From NCBI GenBank assembly GCA_963719035.1, contig CAVRAO010000012.1, forward strand, positions 192,001 to 256,000: a stretch of 64,000 nucleotides of DNA, given 5' to 3'. Shown here one piece after another: positions 55,844 through 64,000 of the stretch; the stretch's first letter is position 1, and each line of letters begins with the position of its first letter. This DNA is from Methanobacteriota archaeon (GTDB taxonomy: Archaea > Halobacteriota > Bog-38 > Methanoflorentales > Methanoflorentaceae). The translations under genes and the position numbers were made by a program. Below the pieces are notes generated by a model that saw only the letters and a program-made list of their open reading frames with translations, searched no databases and had not been told where the DNA came from.

Positions 55844-56401
55844 TTATACCACCTCGTTACTCTCGCTGTTTATCTCCGCTCTCATACTTTTTCCAAAGAC
55901 AAAGCACCTGTTAGCGTTTCACGGGCACTTAACGTTTAACCTCAGCACAAGCGCGATAGGCGACGAGGATCGGATGAACGGCGGGTAAGCCCCACACAAA
56001 AAGAACAGAGGATGGCCACGGGCATGCCGTACTCAGCTGTGACATGCTTTGGTTGTTAAGTAGTAGCACGATGCGAGAGCAGATAAGGCTTTTCTATTCT
56101 TCCTTCTTTTTTGCCACCGCCTGCGCTTTATCGTTGCTCGTCAGAAATTGCAGCGCGGCTTTAGAATAATGGAAAACAAACGAATTTGCAGCTCACTAAA
56201 AAATCGTAAGCAGAATAAGCGAGGCAGCTAAAACGTCCGAGCGGCTGTAAGTCAGAATTTTCCTTGACCGAAAAGAAGTGCCCCTCCTCGAACCCCTCCT
56301 TGTACACCTCAAGCCCGTTGTTGTAGAGTTATAGCTCAACACCTTGTTGAAAGGAATGCTCACCGGCTTATTCCCCGGCGTCGGCTGAGCAGGATGCGTC
56401 T

Positions 56402-56887
56402 CTAATCATTTGATACCTCCCCTTTTTTATCCCCATCACGCCTAATCGTCGCCCGTATCGTTCTACCAGGATGCCACGCTGAATCCGCATCAATATCTAC
56501 ACGCAATTTATGATAACGGCAAAAATCAATAATCTCGCATAAATCCTCGAATGATGCACCGTATGGTTCCGTTGTTATGACATACTCGCCGTCGGGATGC
56601 TTATGCGTAGTCGAGTGGTCGAATATGCCGAGAATATTGCCCACGTCGTCCGAGTCTACTTCTACTTTGCGCCCAGGTATCCGCACGTGGCGCTTATGTA
56701 GTAGTTTATCTAGTTGAGCGCCGTTCGGGAATTTACCGCCCGGGTTCCGTTTTACGCTCATAACTTCGGCATATACGTCTTCTAGGTCGTCGAGTTCTTC
56801 AAGCGTTTGAACCGCCTCAATATACTCTGACGAGGGATTAACGTTATACTGCGTTCTGCGCTCGCGTTTAATATCGTCGGACTTCAT
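56402..56887 (-). CDS. Hypothetical protein, phage/mobile-element-like
   Basis: GGAGGT upstream; FDH...ITTEPY...SAWHPGRT pattern. Confidence 0.6.
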   Translation of the reverse strand: MKSDDIKRERRTQYNVNPSSEYIEAVQTLEELDDLEDVYAEVMSVKRNPGGKFPNGAQLDKLLHKRHVRIPGRKVEVDSDDVGNILGIFDHSTTHKHPDGEYVITTEPYGASFEDLCEIIDFCRYHKLRVDIDADSAWHPGRTIRATIRRDGDKKGEVSND

Positions 56888-57578
56888 TCGTTCATACCTC
56901 CTTATCACCTAAAATGAGTAGCTTACCGCCTGTCAGTTCAAAAAATATATGGGCCGCTGCTAAGCCAGGCGCAAGCGGGTAAAGCAAAAGTTACTTTCTG
57001 TTGACATAGACCTAGCTAATTCGTATTATTTGTATGCATATAGGATTCGAGAAAAGTTAAACCAATTTGAAAAGTTACTCATAAGCACAGGTTCCATCAA
57101 ACCAACCTACTTCTGACGACGTTCGAACGCCCTCACCATCAACGAGCCACTTACGGGCCGACGGGACGCTTCTCTCGCATAGCACAGACCTGCCCGGCAC
57201 GACCGAACAAATCAAAAGACGGAAAGCGCTATTTTTGCCTCGTGAGGCATTTTTTGCAAACTTATGGGTAGGATTGCGCTCGATTCTTGTGAAAGGTATA
57301 AATCGAAGCGGCGTGTATATTAAAGGTACGCTCTATAGGATGTGTGGTGGAAAAGGTAGCTGCCAATGGCTTTTGGAGTAGGGCTTTCGGAGTAGTAACA
57401 AACCTCTGCTCTGAAGTATTGGGCGAATTCGCCTTGGCTCTCAAACAAACCATTGGTGGGGATCACTTTCGGGATCTACATATCCTATAGAGTTCAACCT
57501 CACTTTTTTTGTAATGATTCGTTTAATTGTGCTTTTTGTTTCGTTTTGCCTCACGCTCGTAGCTATATGCCGTCAAAA

Positions 57579-57710
57579 TTATCGCAAACCAGCGCTGTCC
57601 CGTTCCATTTGGTTAAAAAGAGTTTTTACCTCGGCTTTTATACCATCGAGACGCTGTTCTAGCTTCTCTAAACGGTCCTTTAAGTCATTTATTTCGCTTT
57701 CGTAGTCCAT
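57579..57710 (-). CDS. Small coiled-coil protein (43 aa; not in ORF track)
   Basis: GAGGGAG upstream; MDYESEINDLKDRLEKLEQRLDGIKAEVKTLFNQMERDSAGLR. Confidence 0.6.
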   Translation of the reverse strand: MDYESEINDLKDRLEKLEQRLDGIKAEVKTLFNQMERDSAGLR

Positions 57711-57967
57711 TTTTCTCCCTCGATTCTCAGCTTCTGTCTTGTATGTACACAGTCACAAGCTGCATTTACGAACGTTCATACGCACGTCATATTGGCGGCA
57801 CTGAGCAAAGCGCCAGCACCTTTAGACAACTCCTCGCCGTTGTCGCCGCGCGCTGTCTTGAATCCACGCATCGTGCGCCTCTTGGTGACCTCTGCGTGCC
57901 AACCCTTCAAGCTTGACGCAGGGACGAAGTCGTTGAGTAACAAAAGCGCTTCAAACGAACGGGTGGT

Positions 57968-58264
57968 CTATTTTATGGGTACTTTAACGCCTTCAACTCG
58001 CTCTGCTAACGGTATGACCGCCTTAAAAAGTCCATTCGAGAACGTCGCCGTTGCTTTTTTCGGATCGGTCTTGATCATCGATACCCAGCAGCCCCTATAC
58101 GTTATATCGTCTCGGGGTGCCGTCAGACAAAACCCATTTTCCATCGCTTCAAATTCAATATCCTTCTTATGTACGCCAGGGAGCTCCACTATAATGGTGT
58201 AGGTTTCCTTATCGTGATAGAAAACTGCTTCTGGTGCGATAGGGATTCGTTCTTTTTCAGCCAC
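57968..58264 (-). CDS. Hsp20 small heat-shock protein
   Basis: VELPGVHKKDI...ATATFSNGL...IPL; GGTGA upstream. Confidence 0.88.
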   Translation of the reverse strand: MAEKERIPIAPEAVFYHDKETYTIIVELPGVHKKDIEFEAMENGFCLTAPRDDITYRGCWVSMIKTDPKKATATFSNGLFKAVIPLAERVEGVKVPIK

Positions 58265-58440
58265 TGATGATCACCATCGGAAGTTACATTTCAAACGCTT
58301 AAATAGCTTAGCCGCGTTAAAGTCGCAAAACCAGCTTCTTTTAACGTACGCTGACTTCATCAAGCAAAGAAGCGCTAAGCCACTCATAAGTGACCATCAT
58401 ATAGCTTTAGGCACGCCATTAGTGCACCTTTTGAACCGTA

Positions 58441-58866
58441 CTAGCAGCGCTTCACGTCATGCGCGCCCGTAAGGTGTTTCGATGCGAGGGCCGAGCCAAA
58501 TTCGTACGTAATGACTCTTTCTTGGCCCGAACTTGAAGCATTTCTTTTTGACAGCTGCACCTCGAGCATCCACGCCATTACCGTGCCAGTGAGTCTATCC
58601 TTGAACTCTCCCTTAAGTGTGAGGCGCTGCTTGGCGACGAAATACTTGTTGAGTTTGTAGATTAGCTCCTCGTTTCGTTGACTATCGAGGCTAATTACCC
58701 CGTAGGCGTCTTCTAATTCGGAAACCCTCGCCCATGGTTCGTCAAAGTTTGACGCCGAGAGCTCATCTTGCCCGACCGTAAAATTGACCGTACCGCGACC
58801 GGCGTGAGGCACCTCATTAAGACAAAAGGTAACATCGCCAACGCTCTCAAAAACACGTTCTTGCAT
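58441..58866 (-). CDS. Hypothetical protein
   Basis: 141-aa ORF, GGTGA upstream of ATG. Confidence 0.5.
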   Translation of the reverse strand: MQERVFESVGDVTFCLNEVPHAGRGTVNFTVGQDELSASNFDEPWARVSELEDAYGVISLDSQRNEELIYKLNKYFVAKQRLTLKGEFKDRLTGTVMAWMLEVQLSKRNASSSGQERVITYEFGSALASKHLTGAHDVKRC

Positions 58867-59146
58867 CTCAATCACCAGAACAAACTGCGTCGAATTCCTT
58901 AAGGCTATCGTAGTCCCATATGAGAACTGGGTTTTTTTAACACGCGATCGGACCATCTAGTCGAATATGGCGAAGCTCCGAAACCAAAGCGCTTATAAGC
59001 GCGAGTTACTCCTGCGGTGTGCGTGGGATCAATTCTGCAACTCGGGCCATAAGAAGGAACAGGGTACGCCGTTCAGTTCCGCACTCTCGGGTCCTCAGCC
59101 ACCCGCAGCGATGATAAATACGCGGTGGTCCAACGAACTTGGTAAA

Positions 59147-59443
59147 TTATTTTATGGGTACTTTGACGCCCTCAAGCCGTTCAGCGAGCGGTATGGTCAC
59201 TTTAAGAAGGCCATTTGTGAACGTGCCCGTTGCCCCTTCCGGATTGATAGTATGGGAGAGTGCCCAGCAGCCGGCATATTCGATATCGCCTCGGGGTGCT
59301 GTTAGACAAAACCCGTTCTCGCCAGCTTCAACTTTGATGTCCTTCTTATCCACGCCGGAAAGTTCCACCATAATGGTGTAGTTTTCTGCATCGTGATAAA
59401 AAAATGCATTCGGTGCGACAAAGATGCGTTCTTTTTCAGCCAA
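59147..59443 (-). CDS. Hsp20 small heat-shock protein (paralogue)
   Basis: AEKERI...VELSGVDKKDI...FTNGLLKVTIPL...GVKVPIK, very similar to the 57968 copy. Confidence 0.88.
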   Translation of the reverse strand: MAEKERIFVAPNAFFYHDAENYTIMVELSGVDKKDIKVEAGENGFCLTAPRGDIEYAGCWALSHTINPEGATGTFTNGLLKVTIPLAERLEGVKVPIK

Positions 59444-59609
59444 TAGTATCACCGCGTAGCATTCTGTTTGAATGATTAAGTAGCTTTGCCGGGCTTAACA
59501 CCGTAGAATCTCATTTTGCAGCAGCTGAACTGCATAGGTTGCTTCGGGACAAATGACTCCGTGGAAGGGGCGAAATATATATTTAGCTCAGCCCTTTTCG
59601 TTCGTAGCT

Positions 59610-59819
59610 GTGAACAAGACCAAAGAACACCATAAGGAGGAGGCACTGACCCTGTCCATCGAGCACGCTGCACGCCTTATCGGCGTAAGCCGAACGACCG
59701 CTTACCGGATGGTGCGGGACGGTGACCTGCGGGCCATACGAGTTGGAAGGCGGGTGCTTGTCCTAAAGAAGCCCTTGATGGAAATGCTCGAAGCTGAAGA
59801 GGATACGAGCCGCTTGTAA
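59610..59819 (+). CDS. Excisionase-like HTH_17 DNA-binding protein
   Basis: LSIEHAARLIGVSRTTAYRMVRDGDLRAIRVGRRVLV. Confidence 0.85.
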   Translation: MNKTKEHHKEEALTLSIEHAARLIGVSRTTAYRMVRDGDLRAIRVGRRVLVLKKPLMEMLEAEEDTSRL

Positions 59820-60094
59820 AAACTAAGTAGCGAGCCACGCGCTGCTAGCTCTCAATCGCCGAATCGCCTCGAACGCAAACTGGGCAATCACGACTCCCAC
59901 CACTACCCACGCGCCAAGTATCCTAGCCAAACCTTGAGGGCATGCGAGGCGCGATGGTGGGGGCGCCTGCCACCTCTGATCTAGCAATCGCGCTGCTGGT
60001 TAACGAAACAGACAGACTTTTCATAACGTCCCCCCTCGCATCCGCTGGGCGCGACCCTACATAAACGGCAGCCCCCCACCGACGAGACGCAGAT

Positions 60095-60790
60095 TCACTC
60101 TTCAAGGGGCGTAACGTAGCAGGATGCCAGCTTGGTGCTAATGAGCTTCTGTTCGTGAAAAAGGCGCGCTGTGAGGTGGTACATGCCTTCTTCACTCGCG
60201 TAGAGCTCGCTTACAAATCGTTTCGTACCGCCCTGTGCAATGAAGTCGATATCGATCACGTCCATGAGCGTGTGGGATTTCGACGGGGGAGTTGCGGCGA
60301 TTTCGAGCCGTAGATTCGGCACGTCGCGTCGGGCGTGCACTACCGTCTCCGTCTCGATTGTTTCTTCATACGCCCAGTAGGGCCGATTCACGAAAAAGGT
60401 CCGGATCTCGGCGGGATCTTCGATGAGTTGAACCTCATACAAGGGAGAGTACCAGCTCACATAAGCACCGTCGCGGTATGCCTTGACATGCAGATAGACC
60501 CATCCAGTGTGGTTCGCAAAAACGTGAAAGTTGAGCGCTGCCATGTCGTTAGGGCGCAACTCTTTCACGAAATGAAAAGAGCCGCTTGGCAAAATGTCGA
60601 TATCGTGCGTGTTAAAGGTATACAGCGTCGCGCTTACGTCGACGAGGCGCTCCATTGATAGGTTCCTCAGCCGGACGGTGATCCAATGGCGCCCCCGTTC
60701 GAGCACCTCGGGCGTAACAGTTGCCTCGAAGGAATACTTGCGTCGTTCTTCCATGGCGATTCTCTTCTCTCCTCTCTTTTCGCCGGTCAT
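60095..60790 (-). CDS. Hypothetical protein, probably two Ig-like beta-sandwich domains
   Basis: ITVRLRN...ELRPND, EEGMYHLTARL patterns. Confidence 0.55.
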   Translation of the reverse strand: MTGEKRGEKRIAMEERRKYSFEATVTPEVLERGRHWITVRLRNLSMERLVDVSATLYTFNTHDIDILPSGSFHFVKELRPNDMAALNFHVFANHTGWVYLHVKAYRDGAYVSWYSPLYEVQLIEDPAEIRTFFVNRPYWAYEETIETETVVHARRDVPNLRLEIAATPPSKSHTLMDVIDIDFIAQGGTKRFVSELYASEEGMYHLTARLFHEQKLISTKLASCYVTPLEE

Positions 60791-61224
60791 AGTATCATCA
60801 AATTAAGTAGCGCACTGAAGATAATAAGGTATATGCAAGGAAAAAACAGATCACGAAGGAGAAACACGCTGCACTATCATAGCTCGGGCCTACTTGAAAA
60901 GTACCACCCTGAAACTGCATGCTATTTTTTTATTTCATTATCAAAATAATAAACCCCCAATACGGCCCTTTTGTGAGGGTCACGACTCTTTTATAAGTTA
61001 GGGGTGACCTTCCGGCGCTGCGCTTGCATCGCAATTACGCGTATCTCGCAAGAAAAGTTCGCATTGTTATTAATTTGTCGTTTTTCTGTTTTGCGTGTGC
61101 TGCCCGCGCGATTGGACGCATGATAGCGCACAGCGCGTTGAGTCACGTGTAACGACCCAAAGGACAGAGCTATATCTCACAAATGCGCACTCTCTTGCAC
61201 AATCGAGCAGAGGCAAGATTTACC

Positions 61225-61689
61225 ATGGCAAATCAATCACACGTTCAAATGCTCCGGCAGGGAGTATCGGTCTGGAACCAATGGAGAGCGGCGCATCCGG
61301 AGATACGGCCAGATCTCAGTGGGGCTTACCTTACCGGGGTCGACCTCACCAAGGCCGATCTTATCAAAGCTGACCTTAGAGGAACTGACCTCACCCAAGC
61401 TGGCCTTCACGCGGCTGACCTCACCGAGGCTGACCTCACCGAGGCTGATCTCGAAGAGGCTAACCTTACTCGAGCAACCCTTATCAAGGCGGATCTTACC
61501 GAGGCTGAAGTCAACGAGGCCGACCTTTCTGGCGCTAACCTCACCAAGGCGAACCTCACCAAAGCTGCGTTGCGGGGTGCTAAACTTGTCAAGGCTGACC
61601 TCAGTGAGGCGACCTGTATCGGCGCCGACCTTACCGGGGCTGACATGACGGGGGCGGACACGACTGGCGCGATCTTCGAGCATCCTTGA
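61225..61689 (+). CDS. Pentapeptide repeat protein
   Basis: WNQWR...PDLSGA followed by many A(D/N)Lxx repeats. Confidence 0.92.
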   Translation: MANQSHVQMLRQGVSVWNQWRAAHPEIRPDLSGAYLTGVDLTKADLIKADLRGTDLTQAGLHAADLTEADLTEADLEEANLTRATLIKADLTEAEVNEADLSGANLTKANLTKAALRGAKLVKADLSEATCIGADLTGADMTGADTTGAIFEHP

Positions 61690-62477
61690 TCGGCGAGACG
61701 GACCCGGGCGAAGCGTTACGCAAGTCCTTTGAATTAGGAATTATCGACATCCGCTGCCTGATCACGTGTATAACGTGTATATGCAGTACTGGGCGGACCC
61801 GTGCTTAGATAACGCTGGTTATTGTTGGGAAATCCTTGAAAAAAAGAGCCAACCAAAATTTCGACTCTCTTTGGGAAGAAGAACGTCATGACAAGTACAC
61901 AGTCAATTAGGTTTGATCGAAAGGAAATTGCGAGCCGCAGATCTTCAGAATAGAGACGGAGCATATTTTATTCATGTAAAGAGTAAAAATAGCTAGCGAA
62001 TGCTTGCCTAGTAGTTCTAAAGGTCAAATAATGAGGACGGGAACAAGATCGAGGGACTATCAAGATTACCATAGACCACTCGCGACCTACTCAGAAAAAG
62101 AACGAAACCGGATTTTAGAAAGCAAAGCACAAAGGCGGGCCCGGGCCCAACTACACAAGAAGCTCAGGGGTGCGGTTCCTGGCGTTTTTAACGTGATGCA
62201 AGACACCTCCAATTAAGCGTTCTTGTTTCAGAACAGAGAGACAATCACACCAAGCTTGCGGAAAACGCCCTCGACTTTTTTGTATCCTTTCGTCTTTGAG
62301 AACCACGCTACGCGCCTTTCCTACCTGAACCTGGCTTCGTGAGCTATGTTCATTCGTAGCGGCTTTGCTATTGATCCAGCAAGTGTCACTGAAAAGAATA
62401 TGTAGGTGTTGATTGACGTAGCTGGTGCCAAGTCGAAGGTCTCTACTATGTCAAAGCGAAAAGAGAGGGTAAAACCT

Positions 62478-62705
62478 CTATCGTCTTTGCTGCCTTGTGA
62501 CCTCGCTGCCTTCAAAATGTGGCGGCTCTACAGGATGGAAGTACACGTGCGGACGGTCAGACACTCGATCTGCCTTCCTCTTGTCTAGGTCCTCCACATA
62601 GAACTTGAGCTTCTCACAACACATCTCCAACTCTTTTACGCGTCGTTCTAAGGCTGCTATCCGTTCGTCGTTCGTCTCTGCACCTCCAGCACAGTGGTCA
62701 TACAT
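62478..62705 (-). CDS. Small hypothetical coiled-coil protein
   Basis: ERIAALERRVKELE heptads. Confidence 0.5.
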   Translation of the reverse strand: MYDHCAGGAETNDERIAALERRVKELEMCCEKLKFYVEDLDKRKADRVSDRPHVYFHPVEPPHFEGSEVTRQQRR

Positions 62706-62811
62706 GCCTATCCTATCACGTGCAATCTAACATACTTGACGCTGCCGAATCAGCAAAAGTTCACGAGGCGAGCACACGTTTTTGTATTAACAAGTCGCAC
62801 CCTGTGTCAGC

Positions 62812-64000
62812 ATGGAACCGCTCATAAAGACGAAACCGCCCGGTCCTAACGCTGTCGCGGTCCTTAAAAGGGACGCTGAGGTGATCTCTCAGTCCATGGC
62901 GCGGAATTACCCACTCGTGCTCGAGCGCGCGCAGGACGTTAATTTGTGGGACGTAGACGGAAACCGGTACCTCGACCTCACGGCCGGTTTTGCTGTGATG
63001 AACGTGGGGTGGAATCACCCTAAGGTCGTGCTCGCCATTCAGCAGCAGGCCACGCTGCTCTCTCACGGGGCGTTCTTAGCCTTTTGCTCAGAAACGCCGG
63101 TCACGTTTGCACAACAGCTCACGGAATTCCTGCCTCCCAGCCTCAACCGCGTCTGTCTTGCGAACTCGGGGGCGGAAAGCGTCGAAGCGGCGATGAAGCT
63201 CGCACGCTACCATACCGGGCGAAAATACTTTATTGCGTTCTCCAACGGGTTCCACGGACGTACCTACGGAGCGCTTAGCCTTACTTCAACAAAGTCAATC
63301 CAGAGGGCAGGGTTCGGACCGTTCTTGCCGGTTCTGCGCGCGCCGTTTCCGAACCCATATCGTCCGCAGGGAAGCGAATCAACTGATGTGTCGCTCGGTG
63401 CACTAGAGGACATCTTTAAAAGGGAAGTGCCTGCCGAAGAGGTTGCAGCAATCTTCGTTGAACCGATCCAGGGGGAAGGGGGTTACATCATCCCTCCTCA
63501 GCCCTTTTTGCGGGAGATCCGCGCGCTGTGCGATGAGCTCGGGATTTTGCTCGTCGTTGATGAAGTGCAGACAGGGTGCTATCGGACGGGCACGTTTCTC
63601 GCCTCAGAGCAGTTTGGGGTGACGCCAGATATCGTCTGCCTCTCAAAGGCCCTCGGCGGCGGGCTGCCGCTCGGGGCAATGGTCGCCTCTGAAGAGGTGA
63701 CGACGTGGCTGCCCGGATCCCACGCTGGTACGTTTGCAGGTAACAACGTCGCGTGTGCAGCGGGTCTGGCCGTGCTCGATATTCTAAGTGGCGAGGGATT
63801 TGGCGACTACGTGGTAAGTGCGGGACAGCACTTGTTGCGGCGCCTCAATGAGCTGCAAGAGGACTACGACCTTATCGGAGATGTGCGCGGTATGGGCCTT
63901 ATGGCGGCAATCGAACTCGTCCACAGTAAGGAAACAAAGGAGCCTGCGATAGAAGAACGACGGGTCATCCTCAATGACGCGTTCGAAAACGGTCTGGCCT
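62812..64000 (+). CDS. Class III PLP aminotransferase (GABA/acetylornithine type), runs off the window end
   Basis: WDVDGNRYLD, NSGAESVEAAMK, FHGRT, EPIQGEGG, DEVQTG, LSKALGGG. Confidence 0.93.
   Translation, partial: MEPLIKTKPPGPNAVAVLKRDAEVISQSMARNYPLVLERAQDVNLWDVDGNRYLDLTAGFAVMNVGWNHPKVVLAIQQQATLLSHGAFLAFCSETPVTFAQQLTEFLPPSLNRVCLANSGAESVEAAMKLARYHTGRKYFIAFSNGFHGRTYGALSLTSTKSIQRAGFGPFLPVLRAPFPNPYRPQGSESTDVSLGALEDIFKREVPAEEVAAIFVEPIQGEGGYIIPPQPFLREIRALCDELGILLVVDEVQTGCYRTGTFLASEQFGVTPDIVCLSKALGGGLPLGAMVASEEVTTWLPGSHAGTFAGNNVACAAGLAVLDILSGEGFGDYVVSAGQHLLRRLNELQEDYDLIGDVRGMGLMAAIELVHSKETKEPAIEERRVILNDAFENGLA

Noticed and set aside
57001-57029. Bacterial sigma70-like promoter TTGACA-N17-TATTAT
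   Set aside because: A match of this quality is roughly expected by chance in 64 kb on two strands, and no plus-strand gene follows.
56914-57082. MITE-like segment with imperfect 11-bp terminal inverted repeats
   Set aside because: Single copy, no convincing target-site duplication, and no transposase in the window.

Overview
A 64-kb archaeal chromosomal window. Markers such as an RPA-associated protein, an FwdC-like protein, FprA, coenzyme F390 synthetase and BRE/TATA promoters point to a Halobacteriota / methanogen-related lineage; I cannot place it more precisely. Housekeeping and stress genes include uvrBAC, trpEGDCFBA, hisF, fprA, F390 synthetase, a WrbA-like flavodoxin, a ferredoxin-thioredoxin reductase, two Hsp20s and two LEA-type proteins. 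A high-GC trehalose cassette (HAD-OtsB fusion plus GH65) looks bacterial in origin. The most unusual region is about 25-37 kb. It holds five paralogues of a modular surface protein: shared promoter and signal peptide, a variable passenger, a copy-specific tandem-repeat stalk, and a conserved 'GLGS(N/D)-TM-LLMRR-acidic/Tyr tail' anchor. These are interleaved with two GT-C glycosyltransferases and show signs of module shuffling. Two other features stand out: a 22-bp-phased iteron/centromere-like array upstream of a ribbon-helix-helix / coiled-coil / amphipathic-tail protein (38.8-39.6 kb), and a candidate structured sRNA with its own promoter (16.7 kb). Many genes between 13 and 49 kb carry small indels, even trpE and trpC, so assembly error is likely and frameshift-based conclusions are provisional. 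I saw no rRNA, tRNA, CRISPR array, transposase or integrase.
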